From Zootoca vivipara (lineage: Eukaryota), in assembly GCF_963506605.1 (NCBI RefSeq), contig NC_083277.1:93868001-93932000 (forward strand): a DNA stretch of 64,000 nucleotides, in the 5' to 3' direction. Both the position numbers and the translations under genes were made by a program. The number at the start of each line of letters is the position of its first letter. Position 1 is the first letter of the stretch. The notes beneath the pieces are model-generated. The model was not told the DNA's origin and did no database searches. It saw nothing but the letters and a program-made list of their open reading frames with translations. This document shows, one piece after another, positions 38,386 to 51,270 of this stretch.

Positions 38386-39865
38386 GCTTTTGCTGATGAT
38401 ATCTTCCTGGACTGGCTACCAGGGACATTATCTACTTACTGGGTTGGATTCAGAGAGCGCCTTTCTGATCTTCGGTAGTTATGCCATGGGGTGCCGTAGG
38501 GCATTATTTTGTCCCCAGTGCTGTTTAACATCTACATGTAGCCATTGGGACCAGACATTTGCTCTATTTCTCCATGACATCTGAATAGGGAGGAGACATG
38601 CAGAAGCTTGACCAAGGCTTGGATGCAATGGTGGGTCAGTGAGGGAAAATATACTGAGCTTGAATGCTGGAAAGACAGAGACTTTGTGGATGAGTGGTCC
38701 TTGGGTTCATGGGCGTACCCAGGATCAAAACTAGGGGGGGGCAGGCAAGCCACGGGGCCCGGCCACGCCCCCCAGCCACCCGATTGGCTGGCGATGACAT
38801 GGCCGGGATTATTCAGCACTGTGCACAGTGGGACTTCTATTTCCTCTTTTCTCCTGGTGCTCTCCATCTGCTCCAGAGGTGGTTTTAGGGTGGCATGACC
38901 AATTCAGCCACACTGGGTGCCGTGCTGCAGGGGACACCACAACAATGCTGTAGAACGGAGCACAAGAGGCAGGAAGGCACCAAATTTTAGTGTGTCACAA
39001 ATTTTAGCGTCCACCACTGGGCCCTCCCAACCCTCTGGAGCAGATTTTGAGGAGAGGAGAGGAGAGAAGAGAAGAGAAGAGAAGGGGGAAGCTCCATTGC
39101 ACAAGTGGGAGTCTGCTGAGCAAATGGAACAGCAGCTTTGGATACAACCCACTGTCCTCTATAGACCCATTAGTTGGCTAACCATGCACAGCACATATTA
39201 ATAACAAGCATTATCATTTCACTAAATCTGTCCAGGAAGCACTGAATAAGCATGGGGAGGTCTTAGCTGATCAGGGCTTGCTTCTTAATTTATTTTGGAT
39301 AACATTAAGATTGCATATCAAGCAATATTTCAAACCGCCCACACTAAAAGTTTACAAGTTGAAGTGTATGGTTCTTATGAATAAGGCTCTCGTGGATGTT
39401 TTGCCCACTGTACCATTCTGGAATTACAAGCCATTTTGTGTAATAAAAGCTGCTTTTACAACTCTGCAGAAAATTGCCTATGGAGAGTTTGCTTCAAACC
39501 CTTCAGCTTCTTAATACAAAGATGCTAGAACACAGAGTTCAGTGGGACCTATATTTTCAATGCTGGCAATGGTTTCCAAGTAATAATCTTAATTCTAAAT
39601 TAAAGAGATCATTAACTGCCCTTTTGAGTCATGGGTTTCTGCTAACTTGGGAGTTTCTAGATGCATAATTTCTGCACCTTACGAAAGCATGAGGAAACGA
39701 GAGCAAGGTTCTGCGACTGCGAGAGCAATCCTAACTCCAACCGAGACCAGCAGGGCTGAAATGAGCAGGGGAGTGACCACCATAGTCAAAGCCTTGCCAC
39801 CTGCACTGGGTCAGAGCAGACAATGTGGGAGGCACTGATTGGGGGGGGATTGTTTTTGTTTGTTA

Positions 39866-40365
39866 CTAACCTAGACTGCATCTTAAAATGCAGAGACATC
39901 ACCTTGCCGACAAAGGTCCGTATTGTTAAAGCTATGGTTTTCCCAGTAGTGATGTATGGAAGTGAGAGCTGGACCATAAAGAAGGCTGATCACTGAAGAA
40001 TTGATGCTTTGGAATTATGGTGCTGGAGGAGACTCTTGAAAGTCCCATGGACTGCAAGAAGATCAAACCTATCCATTCTGAAGGAAATCAGCCCCAAGTG
40101 CTCACTGGAAGGACAGATCCTGAAGCTGAGGCTCCAATACTTTGGCCACCTCATGAGAAGAGAAGACTCCCTGGAAAAGACCCTGGTGATGGGAAAGGTG
40201 GAGTGCACAAGGAGAAGGGGACGACATGGTTGGACAGTGTTCTCAAAGCCACCAACATGAGTTTGACCAAACTGCGGGAGGCAGTGGAAGACAGGAGGGC
40301 CTGGCATGCTCTGGTCCATGGGGTCACGAAGAGTCGGACACGACTAAACGACTAAACAACAACAA
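39866..40365 (+). mobile_element. RTE-BovB LINE 3' fragment inserted into an L2-like tail
   Basis: Inverted homologue of 30948-31480; ELWCWRRLLKVPWTARRSN; (CAA)n tail; flanking tgtta repeat. Confidence 0.92.
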
Positions 40366-41704
40366 TGTTATGCATTTTTGTGCTTTTATATTGTGAACTG
40401 CTTTGTGATCCTTGGATGAAGGGTGGTATATAAAATTAATAAAGGAAATAATAAAGGGGAAATGCCGTTTTCTGCTATGGGAGCTCCAAGTGGCATGGCA
40501 GAGAGACCCGAATTGGGTTCATCACCAGTAGCTGGAGTGACTGAGGATCCAACTGATCTTTGGCCAACCCACTTCTACTCTGCCCCTGAAACGTCCCCAT
40601 TTTGGGAGCTTATGCTGGCTATAGCCAACAGGAATGCCACCAGCAGTAGCTTCCAGTTACCTGTGCTTTTCGCAAGCATAATGGGGAACTTTGTGGTGGC
40701 AAAGCCCAGCGGAGATACACCACTTCTGCACCCTAACCCTACCTTTTCCTGCTTTTTCTATATGATTCTATATGTGCCACTGCAGTTTTGTCAAGAATGC
40801 AATTTAAATATTTTTTTTAAAGAAGGAAAACAAAAGGACTAATATACTACTAAAAAAACCCTCAAAAATGCCCCCTGAAACCTTTCAAAAAAAGCTTGTG
40901 TCACTAAACACATGCACACACACAGTTTTGGGGAGCCCCCAACCCCCCCAAAAAACCATTGAGGGGAATAAACTTTTTGGTGCTTCACCGTTTTAAGAAC
41001 CAGCACTTTGATTGCATTCAAAAATTAACCAGGAGGCAGCATGGTTGTTGCAAGACCAGCAAGATGTGTTCTATAGTATATTGGCATCTCCAGCTTGCCA
41101 TACCGTGGGATGCTTGAGTCAACTCTCAGGCATTGTGCTTTCAGTTCTATTTGGTGAATAGGATTCTGCTGTATAGCTTTTTCTTCCATAGTCCTCTGGT
41201 TATTAATGTTCTTTTAAGCCGCTCACCTTCTGTTTGGCCTTCTCTTAATGAGACATTTCATGCTCCATATTACTAGTCCCAGTTAGTAATCTAGCTGCTA
41301 GATTTTGTGCCAACTGCAGTTTCTGAATAGGCTTCAAAGGCACCCCTGCGTACAATGCATTACTATAGTATGAATCACATATTATCTGTTGGCACTTGAT
41401 GCTTAACTCCTGAAAAATTGAGTTTCTGTCTACACAGGCGTTAGTTCTAACAGGTTTTTGTTGTTTCTTAGAGAGGGAGTGCTCTTAAAAGCACATGATG
41501 ACATAGGGTTGAATTCAATGTAGTGCTACACCAAATGTTCTATCAGTATAAGGATTTATCCTTGTGCAATGGAATGTTCTTCCCTTCTTTTTCTCCTACA
41601 TGCCCCCTAAATCTATTCTGGGGTCCCCTCATCCCTCTAGAGCAGAATTTGGGAGGGCACAGGGCTTGTGTGAAGAGAGGAAAGGGATTGAAGTCCCATT
41701 ACAC

Positions 41705-41841
41705 CAGGCATAGGCAAACTCAGCCCTCCAGATGTTTTTGGGACTACAATTCCCATCATCCCTGACCACTGGTCCTGTTAGCTAGGGATCATGGGAGTTG
41801 TAGTTCCAAAACATCTGGAGGGCCAGGTTTGCCTATGCCTG
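41705..41841. mobile_element. hAT MITE nested in a larger TIR element (~41505-41895; gggttgaattcaa / ttgaataccaccc)
   Basis: TIRs caggcataggcaaac / gtttgcctatgcctg; perfect 8-bp TSD cattacac. Confidence 0.87.
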
Positions 41842-42802
41842 CATTACACAATTGGAAGTCATTCCTCTCAACAATTATTTAGTTGAATACCACCCATAGT
41901 GTGGGACTGCTTCCTAGTTTTTCCGTATTAGAATAAAGTTGTGAATGTTGTAAATTCAAATTCCAGGCTGTGCGTTACCATTTAACCTAGCTCATATTCT
42001 TTTACATGGCAATGACTGTATGCCACATATTTTAGAAACCTTATCTGCTTCATGCTGATAGCTGCTGAATTTATGCTGCCTAGGAAATGGCAGGTTGTAT
42101 GTTTATCCCCTAACAGAACAAATAGCAGCTTTGGTGGTAGTGAACAATTTGCTATCAGAAAAACATTGCTGGGGAAAGTGTGAAACTCCGCCGAATCCAG
42201 TTCAAATGACACACACAACCCTCTCTTTCCCTTCACTGTTACAAAACTAAAAGCATTTTTTCTGTAGCAGGAGGAATTTTGATCAGCGAAGTACTGTGTG
42301 TCAGAAAGGAGGGGAGGAAGCATGGCCCTGATTCAGTTGGGCCTCCTGGAATTGGTTTGTTGTTGGTTGGTTGGTTGGTTGGTTGGTTGATTTCATCTTC
42401 AACAACATATCTAAAAGGACATGTCAAATGGTCTATCTCTTTATTTTTAGCATTTATATCGTACCAAAGGAACATGGTTGAGTAAACGAAGTCCACCAGA
42501 CTACGTTTTTGTTGTTACATGATTTGCTGCTGATTGGCCTACAAAAATGAAACACAGTCCACATACCACCCTAGTTTCTGCACACACTGCTTTTAGGTTT
42601 CCCCATGCAAAAGCTTTGCTTCATTGAAGGGGCTTTAAAAAACAATGTTGAGTGGATGCAAATCTTACACAGTTCCTCGTCCCAACCTTTCCTCGGCATG
42701 CATTCATTATCAGATCCTTCTCCTTTTTATTGTGCTTAATTTGCAGCATTGGACTATTGTGTTTCCCTAGACACTTTGCCAGTTACACCCACTGCTCATT
42801 TA

Positions 42803-42977
42803 ATTGTAGAACTGTAGAGTTGGAAGGGACCCCGAGGGTCATCTAGGCCACCTCCTGCAATGCAGGAATTTCAGCTAGATCATACATGACAAATGGTCAT
42901 CCAACCTCTGCTTAAAAACTTACAAGGAGAGTCCACCACCTCTCGTGGGAGCCTGTTCCACTGTTGAACAGCTCTTA
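42803..42977 (-). mobile_element. CR1 LINE 3' fragment
   Basis: Similar to 5331-5562 and 18392-18600. Confidence 0.8.
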
Positions 42978-45900
42978 TTTTTAAGCTAAGCTTTTAAAAC
43001 AAGTCACTTCTCAATGTGTTTGTCCTTCCCAGTCTTTTGGAGCACACTGCACCTTTATTTATTGGGGGGGGGAGCGAAATTCCACAAATTCATTATTTCA
43101 GGGGAAATGAATCACTGTTATTTCAGTTGCTTAAAACCTGAAGCCTGCAATGCCATGAGGAAGGAAACACATATGAATGAGAAGAACGCAAAGGTAAGTA
43201 GCATTACTGCCACAAGTAATGAAAAGGATAAAGTAATGAAATATGGCACACACAGTCATAACCTGAGTAACTGAAACTGTGAGGGTGTGCTTTGCTGATG
43301 AGTATACTGCTGGGCTTGGATGCTCTAAGCTATGCGGCACTGATAGGCATGTCTTTAATCAAGGAAATTAGGGCAGAATGTATTGGTTGCAAAGCTAGCT
43401 CATCATTTGGGACCTATCTGCCAGCATTTGCAAATGACTGCTGCCTTGAGCTTTCCTGGCTGATGTTCATAGCTCCTGAATGCATGCTAGCACCAGAGGA
43501 TAGGACATCTCTTTGGCATGGCTTGTGTTGGAAATTTTGGGGCAAGTAATCTTGGGTGAGAGAACCCCAGTAGAGATTAAACATGGCAAAGCATGCCTCA
43601 AAAAAAGCGTGAAAATAGAGGCTGTAAAGCCTTTAAAATGGACCCTTTCCAGTGAATCCTAATATATCCCATTTCCCTAGTACAAAGTGAGACCACACAT
43701 TTACTGTACTAACTCATAAAACTGTTTACTTACAAAACTCTTCACAGGTCAGATTCACGTGCTTTTCCAGAAGAGGTTGCACAGGCAGTAAAAACATTGC
43801 TTTGTTACAAAATGGTAAAATTCCTAAACTATTGGTATTGGGGGAAATACTAATTTCAGACTCCATTCTTGTCTGAAAGAAAAGAGACTGATTAAAGCCA
43901 TGTGGCTAAGCCAGAGCAGGTCGGGAATCCTCATACACTAAATTCTCATTAGAGTGGTGACAACAAAAGTATTGGTTGTCCATTGGTTGTCCAAGGTGAG
44001 GGAAAGTGACATAGGCTAAGCTTGGCAAGACAGGGCCAGCTTAGCCTAGTGGTTCCTTTGCCAAACTACAGCTTGCTCTATGGCATTGACCCCTTCATGC
44101 ATTAATTAGACTCAAGTACGCTGGTATATGAGGCTGGTTACCCTACAGTTTGAAATTGAGTTGTGAAGGGAGCTAGAGTATTGTGCTGCTTCCAGGACTA
44201 CAAACCTCTTGGTTTCACCTTGCATTGCAGTTGTCAGAAGTTTATTTGCCTTTTGTCCTGAATTGCTGTGGCCTGTGTAGATTTTGTACAGGAGAGAAAT
44301 GGGAATTATTAGTTCTCCTCAGGCACTGTGTGATAAAAATGAGGAATGAAAAGTCTGCTATTGAACCAAGGGTACTTCTCTGGGTGGGCATAGAGCACAC
44401 ACTCTATACAACCCTTCCACCCTAAGCTTTTAATGTGCTTGAGGCTACAGTGACCTAGTGATGACTGCAGCTGCAGGGTCAAATTGTGCAATACAGTGCT
44501 GTAGTTTACTTTCAGAATCACTTTGCAACAAATGGCTTTCCTGTCAGATAAACCATATAAGCTGACTTCATTCCTGAGCCCACCGCCACCAGTTCTGAGG
44601 AAGAACTCTTTCTATCCCTTCAAATGAACCTAAACATTAGCAATCCATTGTAGATTCCAGTTACCTCAGAAGGTTTATTTCAGGTAGTTTTGTAGGGGCA
44701 ACTGGAAGGTGAAGCCCCTTCGGAGCTGGTGGTTGGATGGCAGGAGATGTGCTTATTAACAATGGTTTCAGGCAATGAGAGGGTGAGCTGGCTGATTTAT
44801 TTTCTACTGACAAGAAAGTCCCTGTTGTTTTCTGTCGTTGGGAGGGCTAGTGTAAGAGAAAAGAAAGAAGTGTTGTCTGTGACATACCGGGATGAGACAC
44901 AGCCTGGAGCAGGTATCCCCAATGGCTTATTTTTATTTATTTATGTTCTGCTGTTTCATAAACGGATCGAGCACAAAATACATAGGAAGCAGGAGAGAGA
45001 AAACAACAGAGAATAAACTCTCAGGATGTTGGAAATACCAGTTATTTCATTTGGGTGAGGTTTCATGCTTCCTTTCTCCAGACCATCTCACTGCTGATGG
45101 CATGTCCTTCAAAATCCCAGGCAAAGCTAACCTGGAGACACACCAAAAAGGCAATAACTGGGTAAAACCCAACAGCAGAGTTCATTTCCCTGTTTCAGCT
45201 TGAAAGCCTGAACACATCCTACAGTTTTCTGTGTCTGCCATGAATACAGGAGGAAGATATGGGAAGATTGTGGACAGGTGCCTAAAGCGGTTACGGCACA
45301 CTGAATGCACATGTTCTGAATTAATATAAATTCCTGTGAGAAAATGCCCTCAGCTGCCTTGTGCCGAGTCATAATTCTTTGTGGGGTTCTGATCGTATTA
45401 CGTATGCCATAGCCAAATTCCAAGGCATATTGCGGCAGATTGGAAAAAGAAATGCTATGCAGTCACTATGTGGTTGGATGACTAACAACCCAATTCTACC
45501 CTTGTTTACTTAGAAGTAGGGTTAGATGGGTCAGACTATTTCTATCGTGTGCTAGTTTCACATACATTCAAGTAATGGAATAATGGGATGCTGACAATCT
45601 CCAGAAAGCCAGCATTGTAAATAGTGTTCCTCAACCTCGAGGGCCCAAGATGTTGCTGGACTACAGCTCCCATTATCCCTGACCATTGGCTAGGTGGGCT
45701 AGGGATGATAGTCGAACAACATCTGGGAACCCAATTTTGAAGAACACTGGTTTAAGGGATTGCCATGAACTGTTTCTTTCACTGTGACAATAACGGAGGT
45801 AGAATATGAACTAACGTGTCACAAAAATTAACCTAAGGAGAGAAAAACAGCAAGGGAATAGAAGGTGTTACAGAAGTAAAGGTTTCCAGAAGAGGGGTTA

Positions 45901-46255
45901 AAAAGTAAAGGTAAAGGGACCCCTGACCATTAGGTCCAGTCGTGACCGACTCTGGGGTTGCACGCTCATCTCGCATTATTGGCCGAGGGAGCCGGCGTAT
46001 AGCTTCCAGGTCATGTGGCCAGCATGACAAAGCCACTTCTGGCAAACCAGAGCAGCACATGGAAACGCCGTTTACCTTCCCGCTGTAGCGGTTCCTATTT
46101 ATCTACTTGCATTTTGACGTGCTTTCGAACTGCTAGGTTGGCAGGAGCTGGGACCAAGCAACGGGAGCTCACCCCGTCACAGGGATTCGAACCGCCGACC
46201 TTCTGATCAGCAAGCCCTAGGCTCAGTGGTTTAACCACAGCGCCACCTGGGTCCC
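45901..46255 (-). mobile_element. Full-length Sauria SINE, copy 1
   Basis: Minus strand begins gggacccaggtggcgctgtggttaaacc with B box ggttcgaatccc and ends in an (ACCTTT)n-type tail; TSD agaagaggggtta at 45888-45900 and 46261-46273. Confidence 0.92.
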
Positions 46256-47284
46256 TCCATAGAAGAGGGGTTACTATGACATAATTACAAGTTTGATTAG
46301 AAATTGTGGTGCCAGAGGTTTTTTTCTCTCTAAAGGCTTAATATTATCTTTCTCCAGAGATGACATGTAAGCTATTCTTATTTCAGTTAAAGAGATTAAT
46401 GGAGGTTACATCCATAGCCCTCAATTTGGTGAATAGCAGGTTCCTTATAAAGTTCCACACTTGGTTTCTGAGGAGGATGAAAAGACTACAGGTATAGTAG
46501 TTGATTGCAAGCAAGCACATGTTCATTAGATCAAACCCACATCAAGGGCAGAAGGCTGAATTTCCTGAGGTGATTTCTGCATTTGGAGGGGGCACTCTGG
46601 GAACTATGCCGCAGCAACTCCTATTGAAAAATTTGTACACAGATGTTGCTGCCATTCATTGATCTTAGGTTTAGTTGAGGGGCAGGAAGATGTACAAACA
46701 GTGATCTCTGGAAAACCTGTAAGTTACATGTGAGCAGAAAGTGACTCTTTCTTATAGCAGCATAAGTCAGCTTAAATGAACTCAATACAAGCTCCAGTAG
46801 CAAGGCCAGGTCTTTTGCTGATTTACACAGAGACAGAGTTGTTGAACACTGCCATATAACATTTATTTGAGATGGACAAAGCTGTGCATGGAGTAACTGA
46901 GGTTAAACATCTGCTTGTAAAGTTCAAATTACCATAGATTATTTCTGAGGATGAGGTTACTTTTCTTTCACCGTTTTCTGAATGCATACCCTGACAGCTA
47001 GAAGTGACCTTAATTTTACTTTCAGATTGAGGGAAAGTTTCCATTTTTTGAGGCTGTACATCATTATAAGGGAGCAAGACTTTTGAGAAGACTTTATCTG
47101 CTTTGGGATAAGAGAAAATGCACAGGAATCCTAGGTCTCAAGTGACTGAAAGGAGAACATAGAGTTGGAAGGACATCCTTGGGTTTAGTGGTTTTTGTTT
47201 CCTCGCCACATATAGCCCTTATATGAGCCAAAGTGAGCCATTTGTCTGAGGTGGCACATCAGGAGGGGTAATTGAGCTCTACAT

Positions 47285-47286
<2 letters not shown>

Positions 47287-47335
<49 letters not shown>
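47287..47335. repeat. (CA)n microsatellite
   Basis: Perfect run. Confidence 0.95.
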
Positions 47336-47339
<4 letters not shown>

Positions 47340-47489
47340 GGCCTGTCATGTAGGGCATATTATTTTAGGGGGTGAAACTTAATTTTTGCATTTTTTTCAG
47401 ATAGGGGTCTATAAAGGCAGCAGTGGTGATGGCAGCTGTGGTATGCAGGTGAACATATTTGAGGTTCTACATAGCAAAGTGTGTTCTCC

Positions 47490-48270
47490 TTCATGGAGAG
47501 CCACGTGTTGCGGTGGGGGCTAGCAAAAACCCCTCCTCTTGCTGTTGGGCGGGATCGTTTGGATGGCCTCAACTGTAATTGGAGAATTTGGGTTGTTGGG
47601 GAGATTTCTATGTTGCAATTTTTGATTGACAGCCTACTAGCTTTATATCCCTTGCTTGCAGCGTGGGCTTTCTCTTTCACTGCGAGCTTCGGATCACCCG
47701 CCCACCCTCCCTTTATTTAGGCGTTTGACCTTGCTATGCCTCTCATGGGGTCATCTGCTTTTGGGGCAGGGGCCTGGTAGGAATTTTCCATTTGGCTGAT
47801 TGGCTGGTGCCACTTGGTTTTCACCTACTGCGTAGCAATTCATCACAACTTGTAAGGTTGCGGTTAGGCTTTGGTTACTAAAAATTGGTTGGTGGAGGGA
47901 TCAGGATTGGCTGTGCCGGCCCCTCCAATGGTTGCTGTAGGAGAAATGGTTGGCCGTGCCTGACCCTACAATGCTGCTGCGGGGAATTCCGTTAAAGGAA
48001 TCCAGGGGCTCGCCATGCTTTCGTCCGAACCCCCTACAAGGGGCTAGGGCCACGGAAGAGCCCCTGGGAGCAGTTGAGGAGAGTAGAGTCTCAGACCCCC
48101 ATCTCCATTCTCTCCTTAATTTGTTTTCCTCGCCCTGACTTCCGCAGGCAGGCGGATGTCAGATAGTCGTAACCAATGCCTAAGCACCCACTCACATTTT
48201 GTATTTTAAATAAAATTGTGGCCAAAATTATGCCAAAAACTTTAAACCTAAATTTCTGTGTGAAGTAGGC
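47490..48270 (+). mobile_element. Diverged solo terminal repeat, same family as 23268-24279, sense orientation
   Basis: Shared blocks cggatcacccgcccaccc, ggtaggaattttcca, tcacaacttg...gcggttaggc, ccaatgcctaagc, aataaaattgtggcc; boundaries approximate. Confidence 0.65.
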
Positions 48271-48472
48271 ATCATAGCTGCATACTGTCTGTAGTATATT
48301 GGCCCTTCTGGTTTCCCTTACCAGAACTGTGCTTGTTTTGATCCTGTCTTTGAAGCTGCATTGTTTCTCCTTGATAAGCCTTGTTTTTAATTTTCTTGTT
48401 AGTTATGTGCCCTCTTTGTGGCCTCTTAATGAAGCAGTTTACTGTTGCGATCTTTACTCTGCATATATTGTA

Positions 48473-48660
48473 CAGTGGACCCTTGGTTTATGAACACCTC
48501 GGTTTACGCATTTTCGGTTTACGAACGCCGCGGACCCATCTGGAACGGATTAATTCACTTTCCATTACTTTCAATGGGAAAGTTCGCTTCAGTTTATGAA
48601 CGCTTCAGTTTATGAACAGACTTCCGGAACCAATTGTGTTCATAAACCGAGGTACCACTG
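48473..48660. mobile_element. Tc1/mariner (Tigger-like) MITE
   Basis: TIRs cagtggacccttggttta / taaaccgaggtaccactg; TA TSD. Confidence 0.85.
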
Positions 48661-50224
48661 TACTGAACATGTATTGCAGTGGAGACTGAATAGTAAAGAA
48701 AAAGCAACATTTTACAAGCCATTTTGCTAAGGAAAAAGAGGGGAACTCCTGAAAGTCTTCATAATATGACTAGTTAGAAAGACCCGTTTTTTTTAAAAAA
48801 AAAATATTCTGTTAACAGCATTTCTCCTCTGGTTAGATAACTCTACCCTTCTACAAAATACATTTCTGCAAAACATGTCCTGCTATTTAATGTACTGTAG
48901 TTACTTACGGTACTTACTGGGGCAGTTTGAGTACTTTCTTTTCTTCAACTGGAGCAAAATAGAATTACAGTCAGATATGGATATGGAAGCCATATCATTA
49001 TTAGAATCAATTTAACCATAAATTATTAGTTTGTTTCAACTGACAGTAATGAAGGGGTCTTTTTCTTTCACCGACTGTGAATTAAGCTCAGACAGTTCTA
49101 ATATATCATTTTCTGGTAGGGAATACAGAGCTGTAAGTGCTGCACTGGGTGACATTTCAAGAAGAAAACTGCATGAGAAATTAGTGTGGGATACTAGATT
49201 AAAGAGAAGATTAGTATTTCTACTGTGAGAGCCTTCAGTATTTGCTTCTCAAATAATATGGCCTCCAGGATGAAAATAACTATATGCCAACTCCCTCAGT
49301 GCCATTGAGATTGTAAATAAGATATTTTTCCATTCAAAGCACATGTTTTAATAAGGCAATTTGAAACTGCTTTATAGGGCAGCTTTCCTGCCACATGGGT
49401 GTGTGTGTGTGTGTGTGTGTAGAGTATACATTGAGTGGATGTGTGTGTGTGTCAAGGTTTATTTGCTTTAGATGAAAAACGTGTTTAATATCTTACACGT
49501 TTTAAAGACACGTGTGAAAAAGTAAACCTGCGTATTAATTAGGCCCACCTTGCCTCTTCCTCCCCACTCTCAGTGAAGAAAAGAGTACGATTCGAAAACA
49601 GAGGCGCTGAATGTACTTTTGTGACTCATGAAAAGTCCTTTAATAAAAGCATAAACAAACAAACAAACAAACAAAAAACCCCAGGGAATTGCACAGAGAG
49701 TTGGTTAAGGGTCTGTTTTGGCAATCAAATGATATTGTAGAACCAGGAAAAGTGCCGAAAATGGCAGCATAGATGCTTAGAGAGCTGGAACAATTGTTAC
49801 AAGGAAAGGGTCCAACATTTGTTTTTGGTTTTTTTTAATTTAGAAAAAATTTCCAAAGTTACAAAATAGAAGCGTATACAATTATGCATGTAGTTTCCTC
49901 CTCACATTTCCCATCATTCTTAACTACAGTTCCCAGAATTCTTTGAAGGTGGTCATGTGCTTTAAATGCATGGTGTGTGTCAGCCCTTAGGTAGATTTTT
50001 TTTTAAAGGGTAGGGCTTTAAAAGAGGATTAAGTACTGTAAATGCATGGAGGATTAGACTGGGGAGCAAATGTGAGGCAGTGCCATGGCCCTCGTGACCT
50101 TATGGTGGGCTCCTGGTTGACCATTGTGGGAAGCAGGATACTGGACTAGATAGGCCTTTGGTCTGATCCAATTGGACTCTTCTTCTGTTCTTATATTCCT
50201 CTACTGTTTGTTTTTTCCATGTTA

Positions 50225-50535
50225 AGAGTTTAAGCAGGCGATAACCAGAGAGGTGGCCTTTTCAGCCATAGTGCCTCACCTTTGAAATTTGCTCCCCAGA
50301 GCGGCTTGCCTGTTGCCAACTGTATATTTTCTTTTAGACACCAAGTAGAACCTTTTTGTCTCCTGTGTGTGTGTGTTTTTAACCTTTTAGGCATTTTGAA
50401 ATGTTGCTGATTGTTCTGTTTTTGTCTGCTGGGTTTTCAAAATTATGGTATAGGTACCTCGGTTTTGATACTTTTAATAGTGCATATTACCATGGAAGCA
50501 ATTTGACTGAAGCGGTGTATATAAATATGTTTAAG
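50225..50535 (+). mobile_element. Degenerate L2-like 3' fragment, preceded by a CR1-type tail at ~50100-50193
   Basis: ggccttttcagccatagtgcctcacctttgaaat remnant and ...gcggtgtatataaat end. Confidence 0.5.
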
Positions 50536-51118
50536 AATTTGAGACCAAGTCTCAAACTGCATGCTCAAAAACAAGAAGGGTTCTGAAGATCACTCCTCAT
50601 TATTTAAAATATTGATATCATGTTGCAGTTAATTTTCCAAAGTTTCTTAATTAGTGAGTGTATATAAGGATCGAGGATAATGTGCCCTTGAGCTCCCCGT
50701 GCTACTTTATTTGTGAGATTATGATACACATCTCAACCTCTTTTAATAACTATCTTGCAGTATTTAATGTGTACTAATTACCTGTGAAACATATAATGCC
50801 ATAAAGACTAATTTAAAATCTCTTGCTAATTTACTGCTAGTCTTGTCACCAGCGGATAGGGAGCCGGGGGTGATATCAAATAATAAATTCCCCATCATAC
50901 CTGCTGTTCATAGTGTGCTAGGGTCAGTTTCGGGAGTTACAAAAAAAAAAACAACACTGTAGGAGCCAACAAATAACTTATAGGCCAGAGATTGTCTTGC
51001 TGACTTGTACGAATACAGTAATTACTGAGTTGACATCTCTTGGAACTTCCTGGCCTTATTGGAGCACAAATTTTGTTCATTTTGACATTTTTCTTCTCCT
51101 TTTTCTTCATTTCTCCAG

Positions 51119-51270
51119 CCTGAAGAACTCACCAATGCACTGGAAATCAGCAATATTGTCTTCACTAGTCTCTTTGCCCTAGAAATGCTTCTGAAACTGC
51201 TCGTGTACGGCCCTTTTGGCTACATCAAAAATCCATACAATATATTTGATGGGATCATCGTCGTGATCAG
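51119..51270 (+). CDS. CACNA1G: CACNA1G exon ~10 (152 nt): IIS2-S3, [51 protein letters not shown]
   Basis: Pyrimidine tract plus ctccag|, donor cag|gtaact; translated by hand (this frame is absent from the ORF track). Confidence 0.96.
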
